Positions 30,803 to 39,394 of a stretch of DNA of 63,394 nucleotides are shown piece after piece. The position numbers were made by a program, and so were the translations under genes. This DNA comes from Patescibacteria group bacterium (GTDB lineage Bacteria > Patescibacteriota > WWE3 > 0-14-0-20-40-13), in assembly GCA_018896215.1 (NCBI GenBank), contig JAHINB010000017.1, forward strand, positions 1 to 63,394, written 5' to 3'. The first letter of the stretch is position 1, and each line of letters starts with the position of its first letter. Below the pieces are notes generated by a model. The model saw only the letters and a list, made by a program, of their open reading frames with translations, had not been told where the DNA came from and searched no databases.

Positions 30803-31975
30803 TTAGACAAAGGCGGTAAGGAATTTGTCCGCGCTTATGACTCTAACATTACCAACCATTATGTCAATTTTGGGCTGAAACACTACTTGATACAAAAAAG
30901 GAATTCGCAGTCTCGCGCCGAAATAATTCAAATGAGAAGAGGGTATTGTGTCAGAAAGCTTTGCCTCCACCGCAAACCACGGCTTATTGTCCACCGCAAC
31001 CAGAAAATCCACTTCCCGACCCTCCGCATCCCGCAGATAGTAAAGATCAGAGCGAAACCCAAAAACATCGCGCAGATAATGGACGAATTTTAATAGATGC
31101 CCCGCTACCAAGTTCTCAAACCTTGCGGACTCGTCCGAAAGAACCGACCAATCCCACAAATACAGCTTCGTCATTTTCTTCAAAGAGCGCAGCATTTTTT
31201 GCCGGAACGGGGAAAGGCGAAAATGGTAGTAAAAAAGCTCCAAAATGGCAAGATAGTTGGCAACCGTTTTGTAGGCAACTTGCAAATCCTCGCAAAGCGC
31301 GTTTACCGAAAGCAAAGACCCAACTTTCTCCGGAAGGAGGTCCGCCAAAATCTGCAAGGTGGAAACATCCCCAATATAACGCAGATCCCGAATCTCCTCC
31401 TTGATCAACCGATCCACCCGATCGCTTTGCCAGCGACGCCAAAATGTGATGTTTCTTTTCGAAAACGGTTCGGGAAACGGACCAAAGCGCGACAATCTTT
31501 GCAAAATCTTCTCCCCATCTACGAGATCAACAAAATGTAATTCCTCAAAAGGCTTTGCTCGCCCCTTAGAACCGGTAAGCTCCACCAGGCTAAAAGGGTG
31601 CAAAACATAATACCGGCATCGACCAGAAAGCGAATCTCCGCCTCGGCGATACAAATCCATTTTGGCGCTTCCCGTAACCAAAAAACTGTGTCGTTCCCCC
31701 AGTCTGTCAAACAGACCTTTAATATAGGTTTTCCAGTGCCGAAACTTGTGAAGTTCGTCAAAAATCAGCAGTTCCGCCTTGGCAGGAAACCTGTAGCCTA
31801 CAATATCTTTGCGATCCGGCTGGTAATCCCAGTTAAAATAGGAAAAATTTGGATATGCAAATTTCCCAACCTGCTTTGACAAAGTAGTCTTTCCAACCTG
31901 CCTTGGTCCTCCAAGAAGCACGATTTTTTCCTTAACATCTTGGATTATTTCCTGCAAAAGATAGCGATTCTTCAT
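30803..31975 (-). CDS. AAA+ ATPase with DUF4143-type C-terminal domain (COG1373-like)
   Basis: Walker A GPRQVGKTTL, Walker B LLIFDELH. Same 390-aa size as the ATPase at 61049-62221. Confidence 0.75.
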   Translation of the reverse strand: MKNRYLLQEIIQDVKEKIVLLGGPRQVGKTTLSKQVGKFAYPNFSYFNWDYQPDRKDIVGYRFPAKAELLIFDELHKFRHWKTYIKGLFDRLGERHSFLVTGSAKMDLYRRGGDSLSGRCRYYVLHPFSLVELTGSKGRAKPFEELHFVDLVDGEKILQRLSRFGPFPEPFSKRNITFWRRWQSDRVDRLIKEEIRDLRYIGDVSTLQILADLLPEKVGSLLSVNALCEDLQVAYKTVANYLAILELFYYHFRLSPFRQKMLRSLKKMTKLYLWDWSVLSDESARFENLVAGHLLKFVHYLRDVFGFRSDLYYLRDAEGREVDFLVAVDNKPWFAVEAKLSDTIPSSHLNYFGARLRIPFLYQVVFQPKIDIMVGNVRVISADKFLTAFV

Positions 31976-32041
31976 ACTAACTTTTTATACCAGAAGCAAA
32001 AAAGTTTGTCAACTTTTTGGAAAGCGGTAAAAATTATCTGG

Positions 32042-32127
32042 TGGTGCCGAAAGAGGGAGTCGAACCCTCACCCCATCACTGGGACACGATTTTGAGTCGT
32101 GCGCGTCTGCCATTTCGCCACTTCGGC
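32042..32127 (-). tRNA. tRNA-Leu (anticodon CAA), CCA encoded
   Basis: Acceptor GCCGAAG/TTTCGGC, anticodon loop CTCAAAA, long variable arm, T arm GAGGG-TTCGACT-CCCTC. Confidence 0.88.
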
Positions 32128-32231
32128 TTGTATTTATAATGTATTGGTCGAAGTCATACTGAATACAATTTTGCGGATTTTGAGCCCCTGCGAAAACGGG
32201 ACCGCAAAATTTAGACGGTGTGACGAGACCT

Positions 32232-33542
32232 TCACTCCCCCTCTCTTCTTTCTGCCTCGAAGAACTTGGTAATTGAACCCTTAAAGAACAAATCCAGTTC
32301 TCCCGTGGGACCGTTACGGTGCTTGGCAATTAATAGCTTAACATTATTTCGCGCGTCGTCGTCAGGTCGGTACAAAAACGCCACTACATCGCTGTCTTGT
32401 TCAATGGATCCGCTCTCGCGAAGATCCGAAAGTTGCGGGACTTTGCCACCGCGTTGCTCCACCGCCCGCGAAAGTTGAGCGCAGGCTAAAACTGGAACTT
32501 TTAATTCCCGCGCCAAATTTTTTAGAGCCTGGGAGATTTCGGATACTTCTTGTACTCTATTTTCTAAATTCCTCCCCCGAACCAATTGCAAGTAATCAAC
32601 TATGATAAGTTTTACACCCTTATCCATATGCAACCTTCGAGCTTTAGTCCGCATTTCCATAACCGAAATTCCCGGAGTATCATCAATATATATTGGCGCC
32701 TCCGCCAAAACTCCCATGGCATCCCCCAAATCTTTAAAGTCGTCGTCAGTTAAGTTTCCAGTGGATATTTTCCAGTTGTCCACATTGCTTTGCTTGCTGA
32801 GCATCCGATCAACCAACTGATCCCGACTCATTTCCAGCGAAAAAATCCCTACAGGAAGGTTGTGTTTTACCGCCGCAAACTGGGCAATGTTAAGCGCCAA
32901 TGCCGATTTACCAACCGAAGGACGACCCGCCATAATCACCAAATTAGATTCTTGCAAACCGTTTAAGAGTTTATCTAACCCCTTAAGACCCGTTGGCACT
33001 CCCCGCAAGCTTCCCTTGGTTTTATGTAGTTCTTCTATACGATCAAACGATGTTTCCAAAGTAGATCTAATGGGCACAAAATCCTGCTTTAAATACTCCT
33101 GCGAAATGCCAAACAATTGCATTTCTGCCTTGTCCAGCAACTCGTTGACATTATCGGTATTGTCAAACCCCAGCTCGCCGATAGAACCAGCAACCGAAAT
33201 TAACGATCTTCTGACATAAGCATCTTTGATCAGATGGGCGTAAGCTTCGATATTTGCCGAGGTCGGAGTGGCGTTAACCAAATCCGTCAGGTAGCTTACT
33301 CCCCCCGCTTTAGTCAATTCGTCTTTGCGTTTAAGCCTTGCTGGAACTGTGACTAAGTCTATCGGCCTGCGCTTTTCGTATAATTCCAAAATAGCGCTAA
33401 AAATTATAGCGTGTTTATTTTCGTAAAAATGCTCCGGGTGTAAAAAATCGGCAACTTTAATTACCGCTTCGGGGTCAATCAGCATAGCGCCCAAAACGCT
33501 TTGTTCGCTTTCTAAATTTTGGGGAGGAAGTCTTAATGCCAT
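32232..33542 (-). CDS. dnaB: replicative DNA helicase DnaB
   Basis: PPQNLESEQSVLGAMLID N-terminus, Walker A GRPSVGKSA, RecA-like C-terminal domain. No intein-sized insertion. Confidence 0.95.
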   Translation of the reverse strand: MALRLPPQNLESEQSVLGAMLIDPEAVIKVADFLHPEHFYENKHAIIFSAILELYEKRRPIDLVTVPARLKRKDELTKAGGVSYLTDLVNATPTSANIEAYAHLIKDAYVRRSLISVAGSIGELGFDNTDNVNELLDKAEMQLFGISQEYLKQDFVPIRSTLETSFDRIEELHKTKGSLRGVPTGLKGLDKLLNGLQESNLVIMAGRPSVGKSALALNIAQFAAVKHNLPVGIFSLEMSRDQLVDRMLSKQSNVDNWKISTGNLTDDDFKDLGDAMGVLAEAPIYIDDTPGISVMEMRTKARRLHMDKGVKLIIVDYLQLVRGRNLENRVQEVSEISQALKNLARELKVPVLACAQLSRAVEQRGGKVPQLSDLRESGSIEQDSDVVAFLYRPDDDARNNVKLLIAKHRNGPTGELDLFFKGSITKFFEAERREGE

Positions 33543-33608
33543 AGCTCCCAGAATTTACCACAAAATCTTACTCTTGATAAGGCTTTGAGTTTGGACCATA
33601 ATATAAAA

Positions 33609-34196
33609 ATGCAAATTTATAATTTGGGCTATTCCTGCTTTAAAATAAAAGGGGCAAAGTGCGATATTTTGTGCAACCCCTACAACCCCAAAGAAATTGG
33701 GCTTTCTTACCCCAGCAAACAAACAGCCGATATTGTGGCAGTCAGCAGCAGCAAGGAAAATTTTTTAGAGCGCATTGACCCGGGGTATTTTTTAATTAAC
33801 ATGCCCGGAGAATACGAAATAAAAGGCGCCTATGTTTGGGGATACAAGCTTACCGCCAGCTCGCGGGCGTTTATGTTTTTAATTGACGGGTTTAAAATTG
33901 CTTACCTGGGAAAAACCAACCAAGTCTTAAGTGACGATTTAGCAGGCGAATTTTCCGAGGCCGATATTGCCATTCTTCCTATTGAATGCGAGGGTTGTTT
34001 GGACGCCGAAGGAGCCACCGAGGTGGTCAGCCAAATTGAACCTAAAATTGTTATTCCCTCCTATTATAAAACTTCCGAGGCGCCAAAAAAGTTTGTTGAT
34101 GCCATGGGAAAAATTAAAACTTTGGAACTGGACAAACTGTCTCTAAAATCGCCCAGCGATTTGCCCAAGGAAACAGAGCTTGTAATTATTAAGTGA
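33609..34196 (+). CDS. MBL-fold (Lactamase_B_3-like) protein, degenerate metal motif
   Basis: Size and pattern (LGYSCFKIKG..DILCNPY...ADIVAVS) resemble UPF0173-type hydrolases, but no HxHxDH motif is seen. Confidence 0.45.
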   Translation: MQIYNLGYSCFKIKGAKCDILCNPYNPKEIGLSYPSKQTADIVAVSSSKENFLERIDPGYFLINMPGEYEIKGAYVWGYKLTASSRAFMFLIDGFKIAYLGKTNQVLSDDLAGEFSEADIAILPIECEGCLDAEGATEVVSQIEPKIVIPSYYKTSEAPKKFVDAMGKIKTLELDKLSLKSPSDLPKETELVIIK

Positions 34197-34204
34197 GATT
34201 ATAA

Positions 34205-34260
34205 ATTAGAGGGTTTCATTCTGTTCCTTCTGCTCCATCTCAACCCTCTAATCCCTCATT
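34205..34260. repeat. repeat family F copy (ATTAGAGGG ... CCCTCTAAT inverted arms)
   Basis: Shares ..CTTCTGCTCC.TCT...CCCTCTAATCCCTC with 22098-22140. Confidence 0.6.
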
Positions 34261-34261
34261 T

Positions 34262-35632
34262 ATGCAAAAGCCCTTACCAATTATAAAAGACGCTTACGAC
34301 TATGCCAAATCTACCCGGGGCAACATTACTCACGCCAAAGAAACCGTAAAAGTTTTAACCCAAAACGAAATAACTGACCCGCCAACCATTGTGACTGCCA
34401 TTTTGCACGACTGCCTGTATTACGGCAAAGGAAAACTTTCCGAGATTAAAAGTTTTTTTGGAAACGATGTGGCAAACATGGTTGTGGCTCTATCTAGGAT
34501 TGAAAGAATTCACCTAACTCCAAACGACCCTAAAAATCACGAAAAAATTCGTCGTGTTATTATGTCGCTATCTTCTAATTATAGAGTCTTTTTGATCAAA
34601 ATCTCTTGCCGGTTAGCAAGACTTCGAGCGTGTGGAAAATCCAAAACCCCCGAGTGTTTGTTGGTAGCAAAACAAGCCTTGTCGATTGATGCCCCACTTG
34701 CCAAGGCATCATCGTTAAAAAACATTGCGGGAGAGTTAAACGATTTGGGATTTAAAATCTCCGAACCCTTAAAGTATAAACAATTGAAAAATCTTATTCT
34801 TGATAAGGAAGTTTTTTTAAAAGAACGACTTTTGGGCGTGAAGAACAAATTAGAGTTGCTAATGGAACAAGCAAGCGTTTCGGCAGCCATTTCTTTTCGT
34901 AAAAAATCCCCCTACTCCACCCATCTTAAAATTTTAAAATACCTAGAAAAACGCAAGATTAAAGAGTACGGCGTTGAGAAAATCCATGATCTTATAGGTT
35001 TAAGAATAATTGTCAGAACCGAAAAAGATTGCTACAAAGCGCTGGATGCAGTACAAAAAAATTGGGGGGTGGAAATTAGCGAATTTGATGACTACATTGC
35101 CCGCCCCAAACCCAACGGCTACAAATCTATTCATACAATTATAAAAGTGGGACAGGCGATGTATTGCGAAATTCAAATTGTAACCACAAAAATGGAAGAA
35201 TTTAATAATTTTGGAGGGGCATCTCACTTAGGTTACAAAAATCCCAATTGGGTTAAGACATATATAAACAAGTTTGTTTCTGACGAAATTAAAAGCGGTG
35301 ATAAAACCTCCAATTTTAATCCCTTTTCCAAAACTATTTTCACCTTTACCCCAACAGGAGACATTATAGAATTGCCAGCAGGCGCAACTTGTGTTGATTT
35401 TGCCTACAAAATTCACACCGATTTAGGTAACAGGTGCGAGGGGGCATTGGTTAATGGAATAATCAAAAAACTAGAATACGAGTTGCAAAATGGTGACGAG
35501 GTAAAAATAATCCCCTCAAAAAGAAGGCCTTCTCCAATTGCCAAATGGATTGACTTTGTCAAAACCCCCGAAGCCAAAAAGCAAATTCGCCACTACAGCA
35601 ACATATTATCGGGTACTACCCGATTCGGGTAG
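34262..35632 (+). CDS. RelA/SpoT homologue (HD-like, synthetase and TGS domains), short form
   Basis: ILHD HD-like region; synthetase DLIGLRIIV...GYKSIHT; TGS IFTFTPTGDIIELPAGATCVDFAYKIHTDLG. Confidence 0.8.
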   Translation: MQKPLPIIKDAYDYAKSTRGNITHAKETVKVLTQNEITDPPTIVTAILHDCLYYGKGKLSEIKSFFGNDVANMVVALSRIERIHLTPNDPKNHEKIRRVIMSLSSNYRVFLIKISCRLARLRACGKSKTPECLLVAKQALSIDAPLAKASSLKNIAGELNDLGFKISEPLKYKQLKNLILDKEVFLKERLLGVKNKLELLMEQASVSAAISFRKKSPYSTHLKILKYLEKRKIKEYGVEKIHDLIGLRIIVRTEKDCYKALDAVQKNWGVEISEFDDYIARPKPNGYKSIHTIIKVGQAMYCEIQIVTTKMEEFNNFGGASHLGYKNPNWVKTYINKFVSDEIKSGDKTSNFNPFSKTIFTFTPTGDIIELPAGATCVDFAYKIHTDLGNRCEGALVNGIIKKLEYELQNGDEVKIIPSKRRPSPIAKWIDFVKTPEAKKQIRHYSNILSGTTRFG

Positions 35633-36391
35633 TACCCGAATTTTTCCTATTCTAACAACAAATTATCGATGTAGGGTTTTTTGATGTCACTGTCGCCATC
35701 CAAGGGATCTATGTAAGACTCCACAAAGTCTTTATATCTTGCAACAGTCATATCGCCCAACACCTCGTCCCAACAAAGCCAACCTTCTTTTATATTTTTA
35801 TTTATGTAGTAGTAGCTAGAAAATCTATAATCTTTAAGGGAATCTTTGCTCACCATTTCCAAAGGATTTAAATGGATATAGCGAGCAAGATGTAAAAACT
35901 GCTCCCCTGTTGTAATCGGGACTGCTTTATAAATCGCTTGGTAAAGTTTACCTACACGATCATTTTTTTCATTAAAATAATTAGTGTAGTTAGTACAAAT
36001 CTTTTTTGTAAGATCTGTTAATCCCTCCTTTTTCTTTAATTTGACGAGCAGGTGGTAATGGTTAGGCATAAGACAAAACGCTAAAAGTGAGATTTTATCG
36101 TAAGAATAATTCGGGGTTACAAATATTGACTGTTTCGTCTTAGGATCTTTGCGTTCTAAAACAAAACCAGGCTCTAAATAACGCCTTAAATTATTAATAA
36201 AAACATGGTAATCCTCCGAATCTTGAAATATTACTCTTCGTTCTACCCCTCGGTTATAAACATGGTAATACGCACCTTCCGCAAAAACTTTATAGATGTT
36301 CCTTGATGGCATAGTTACAACATTAATATCCTATTTAGCAGAAGTCAATACCTAAAGCAAATATTCGGGTAGTACCCGAATCGGGTACTAC
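35608..36391. mobile_element. REPtron-like unit: RAYT gene bracketed by inverted family-B double palindromes
   Basis: Left flank 35608-35645 is CGGGTACTACCCG-attc-GGGTAGTACCCG. Right flank 36364-36391 is CGGGTAGTACCCG-aat-CGGGTACTACC, the same sequence flipped. Confidence 0.7.
35647..36312 (-). CDS. REP-associated tyrosine transposase (RAYT; IS200/IS605 Y1 HUH family)
   Basis: YHVYNRG, LMPNHYHLLV (HUH) and the YIHLNP region; about 220 aa. Confidence 0.8.
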   Translation of the reverse strand: MPSRNIYKVFAEGAYYHVYNRGVERRVIFQDSEDYHVFINNLRRYLEPGFVLERKDPKTKQSIFVTPNYSYDKISLLAFCLMPNHYHLLVKLKKKEGLTDLTKKICTNYTNYFNEKNDRVGKLYQAIYKAVPITTGEQFLHLARYIHLNPLEMVSKDSLKDYRFSSYYYINKNIKEGWLCWDEVLGDMTVARYKDFVESYIDPLDGDSDIKKPYIDNLLLE

Positions 36392-36452
36392 CTTATAGCT
36401 AAAGCGCTAAATAGCCCTTTTATGCAAAACATTGTTGTAGTAAACTTACATT

Positions 36453-37760
36453 ATGGATCAAAGTACAACCCAAACCTTAAAAGGCTTTAGGGATTTTTTA
36501 CCCGAAAAAATGCGGGTGCGCAACTGCGTCCAAAAAATTCTGCAGGAGTCGTTTGAGGAATTTGGTTTTGAGCCTTTGCAAACGCCCTCTTTAGAATATG
36601 CCGAAACCTTGTTAAAAAAATACTCCGCTGAAAACGACAAGGAGACTTATATTTTTGAAGATTTGGGGAAAAGAAAGGTCGGTTTAATCTACGACTTGAC
36701 TGTCCCCGTCGCAAGAGTGTTATCACAAGTTGACAATAATATTGTGATGCCGTTTAAACGCTATCAAATTCAACGCTGTTACCGCGCCGAAAAACCCCAA
36801 AGGGGTAGATTTCGCGAATTTGTCCAGTGTGATATTGATATTTTTGGAGTGACTTCGGAACTTGCCGATGCCGAAGTCTTGGCTTGCGGTTATAAAGCCA
36901 CCCAAAAACTAGGATTTACTAATTTTTCTTTTTTGATTAATGATCGTAATACACTTTTTGAGATTTTGCAAAAAGCCGGTGTTTCCGAACCCAATAAACA
37001 ACTTTCGGTTCTGCGCTCGCTAGATAAGTTAGAAAAGATCGGGCAAAAGGCGGTCTCCCGAGAGTTGGCATCAAAAAGATTCCCCACAGCCCAAACAGCC
37101 CTAATTTTTTCCCTTATCTCCCAGAGCAAACCCTCGGAAAACTTGATTAACATTACAAACTATGCGGTAGCTTTAGGCGTACCTAAAGAAAAACTGATCT
37201 TCTCCCCTACTCTTTCGCGCGGAGCGGATTATTATACTGGCATGGTGGTCGAAGGAGTGGTTACTGAACCCAAAATTGGTTCAATTTTGGGAGGCGGCAG
37301 ATACGATAAATTAATTGAATCTTTTGGTGGCAAACCAACCCCGGCAACGGGAATTAGTTTTGGTTTTGAACGCGTTTGCGAGGTGGTGGAAGAACTCGAT
37401 CTTTTAAAAAATGTCATTAATGCTTATCCCGCCAAGGTCTTGATTTGCCCCATTCTTAACAATCCTCAAGATCTCTTACCCGCCACAATGCGCGAAGCGC
37501 TTTGGGTGGGCCAAACTCTTAGACAAAATAACATCCCAACAGATATATTTTTAAAACCCCAAGACTCGTTGGCTAAACAAATAAAATACGCCAATGCTAA
37601 AAATATTCCTTATATTATGGTAATTGGATCAGATGAGGTGGAAAAAAATGTGGTATCGTTAAAAAATTTAGCCACTCGCGAGCAACAGTCGTTACCTTTA
37701 AAACAAGCTATTAAATTCATAAATCTCCCCGCCTGCCACACCAAAAGTTGTCATTGCTGA
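36453..37760 (+). CDS. hisS: histidyl-tRNA synthetase
   Basis: LKGFRDFLP, QRCYRAEKPQRGRFREF (motif 2), GGGRYD and a C-terminal anticodon-binding domain. Confidence 0.93.
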   Translation: MDQSTTQTLKGFRDFLPEKMRVRNCVQKILQESFEEFGFEPLQTPSLEYAETLLKKYSAENDKETYIFEDLGKRKVGLIYDLTVPVARVLSQVDNNIVMPFKRYQIQRCYRAEKPQRGRFREFVQCDIDIFGVTSELADAEVLACGYKATQKLGFTNFSFLINDRNTLFEILQKAGVSEPNKQLSVLRSLDKLEKIGQKAVSRELASKRFPTAQTALIFSLISQSKPSENLINITNYAVALGVPKEKLIFSPTLSRGADYYTGMVVEGVVTEPKIGSILGGGRYDKLIESFGGKPTPATGISFGFERVCEVVEELDLLKNVINAYPAKVLICPILNNPQDLLPATMREALWVGQTLRQNNIPTDIFLKPQDSLAKQIKYANAKNIPYIMVIGSDEVEKNVVSLKNLATREQQSLPLKQAIKFINLPACHTKSCHC

Positions 37761-37817
37761 CTTCTCGTGATGCAACAAGCGGGGCGAAACGGTCAACTAC
37801 CCACGAGTCACGAAGAA

Positions 37818-38036
37818 TCAGCGTCTGTCAAGAAGAAAGATGTTGACCCTACATTTGTCATCAAACTTCCCCATCTTTCCCAGGACATCGGCTCTGATTT
37901 GGTGAATGAGACCCCTCTGATCCGTGTCAGAGGAGCTGTTTGAATAGCGGACGCCAGTGACCGCCCGCCACCATCCTACACGAATGCTTCCAACGCGCCG
38001 TTCAGCAAACCCCGCCCAAACCATTTTAGATGTCAT
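37818..38036 (-). CDS. GC-rich small ORFan (72 aa), second gene of cassette 3
   Basis: GGAGG-N6-ATG. The ATG lies 1 nt after the stop of the upstream gene (taa g atg). Confidence 0.4.
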   Translation of the reverse strand: MTSKMVWAGFAERRVGSIRVGWWRAVTGVRYSNSSSDTDQRGLIHQIRADVLGKMGKFDDKCRVNIFLLDRR

Positions 38037-38037
38037 C

Positions 38038-38322
38038 TTACCCCTCCTGTCCACGATGTGGAAACAGTTCCACCTTAGCCTCTGCGGAAAATCCAAGAGG
38101 CTCCGTCTCGGTTCCCGTGAGAACAACTCGCTGAACCCAACCGCCTCCGAAAACGAATCTTGCTAAGCCCCTCCTTGCGAGGTCGTACACAGCAGACATG
38201 ACCTCGCTTTTCCGGAGACCAGTCCTTACGCAGAGGCTTCCCAAATCTACCGCTGATCCTCCCTTAGGGAGTTTCCTCCAAACAATCTCCGATCGCATTT
38301 TGTGAACCCTCTTTTTTGCCAC
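38038..38322 (-). CDS. GC-rich small protein with winged-helix-like segment, first gene of cassette 3
   Basis: AAGGAGGG-N6-GTG. The segment DLGSLCVRTGLRKSEVMSAVYDLARRGLARFV resembles a wHTH recognition unit. Confidence 0.45.
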   Translation of the reverse strand: MAKKRVHKMRSEIVWRKLPKGGSAVDLGSLCVRTGLRKSEVMSAVYDLARRGLARFVFGGGWVQRVVLTGTETEPLGFSAEAKVELFPHRGQEG

Positions 38323-38428
38323 GGTACACCCTCCTTTTTCGCGATGGTTGGTTGGATTGACAACAACTTACTATAGGGATTTTGCTATAAAAGAAGAGAA
38401 AATGCAAGAGGAAGAACGGCAAATGCAC

Positions 38429-38466
38429 GATTAGGGATAATCCCAAATTTGGGATTATCCCTATTC
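38429..38466. repeat. family C palindrome (TAGGGATAATCCC-aaattt-GGGATTATCCCTA)
   Basis: Same arms as 12760-12796. Confidence 0.8.
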
Positions 38467-38529
38467 TAATGGGGTGAGACCCTAAAACAGCATTGACACC
38501 ACAAAGATACCATGATATTAATCATATCA

Positions 38530-38814
38530 ATGAATAATACAAACCAAAGAGACAAAATAATTACCACCAATGTTAGATTCCCAGAGTCACAATGGTTACA
38601 AGTAAAAGTAGAGGCCGCCGAAATGGGCTTTAGCATCAACCAATACATTAACCGTATTATCGAACAAAGCTCTATGCAAAAACGATTGGCTTTAACCATT
38701 AAAGATAACAAATCCCCCGCTGTTTCATTCTGGAACTTACCAAAAATTGCCAAAAAATGGTCTAAACGAAAAGTATTAGAGATGTCAGAAGAAGATAAGA
38801 TAATTTATGCCTAA
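38530..38814 (+). CDS. ribbon-helix-helix-type antitoxin (VapB-like)
   Basis: TNVRFPESQWLQVKVEAAEMGFSINQYINRIIEQ. Overlaps the start of the PIN gene by 8 nt. Confidence 0.65.
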   Translation: MNNTNQRDKIITTNVRFPESQWLQVKVEAAEMGFSINQYINRIIEQSSMQKRLALTIKDNKSPAVSFWNLPKIAKKWSKRKVLEMSEEDKIIYA

Positions 38815-39229
38815 CAAATCAAAGGAAACCCTCTTTATAGATACAAGCTTTTTTAAAGCAATGTTAGATTCGTCCGACGACTTTCACAACAAAGCAGTAA
38901 AAACATTGAGTACAATCGAAAAAAACGGCAACCCACTTGTTACAACAAATTACATTTTAGATGAGGCATTTACATTAATTAGACAAAGGATGGGAGTTGG
39001 GGCATTAAAAATATTTAGAGAGGCGCTATTACAAAACGAATGGAGATTAAAAGTAGCCCGAACAACAATTCAAGATGAAGAAAATGCTTGGGATTATATG
39101 CTTAAAGACTGGAGTAATTTATCTTTTACCGATTGTGTATCTTTTGCAGTAATGAAAAGGCTAAGTATACAACACGCCTGCACATTTGATTCTCACTTTT
39201 CCAGCGCGGGCTTTTCCACGGTTCCCTAA
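38807..39229 (+). CDS. vapC: PIN-domain toxin VapC
   Basis: LFIDTS (Asp1), ILDEA, SFTDC and FDSHF acidic residues at canonical PIN spacing. Confidence 0.85.
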   Translation: MPNKSKETLFIDTSFFKAMLDSSDDFHNKAVKTLSTIEKNGNPLVTTNYILDEAFTLIRQRMGVGALKIFREALLQNEWRLKVARTTIQDEENAWDYMLKDWSNLSFTDCVSFAVMKRLSIQHACTFDSHFSSAGFSTVP

Positions 39230-39237
39230 AAAATAAA

Positions 39238-39306
39238 ACCACCTTGCAGGTCTTTAAACGCCAGTGTTTAAACGCCAGTGTTTAAAGATTATTCCTGCAA
39301 GGTGGT
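39238..39306. repeat. 13-bp-stem hairpin (ACCACCTTGCAGG / CCTGCAAGGTGGT) whose loop holds a 14-nt tandem repeat (TTTAAACGCCAGTG x2.5)
   Basis: Read directly. Lies between vapC and tRNA-Thr. Confidence 0.7.
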
Positions 39307-39309
39307 CAA

Positions 39310-39379
39310 AGCGGATGGCGGGACTCGAACCCACAACCCAGCGATACCATCGCTGTGCTCTACATTGAGCTACATCCAC
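39310..39379 (-). tRNA. tRNA-Thr (anticodon GGU)
   Basis: Acceptor GTGGATG/CATCCGC (one G-U pair), anticodon arm CAGCG-ATGGTAT-CGCTG, T arm GTGGG-TTCGAGT-CCCGC. No CCA encoded. Confidence 0.85.
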
Positions 39380-39394
39380 AACGAAAAAAACGAT

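Noticed and set aside
30887-31879. Cluster of plus- and minus-strand ORFs inside 30803-31975
   Set aside because: They overlap a full-length AAA+/DUF4143 ATPase with Walker motifs. Their translations are Pro/Arg/Lys-rich nonsense.
38264-38753. Minus-strand ORFs 38264-38446 and 38466-38753
   Set aside because: The first covers the promoter/leader of cassette 3 and a palindromic repeat. The second is antisense to the RHH antitoxin gene, which pairs logically with VapC.
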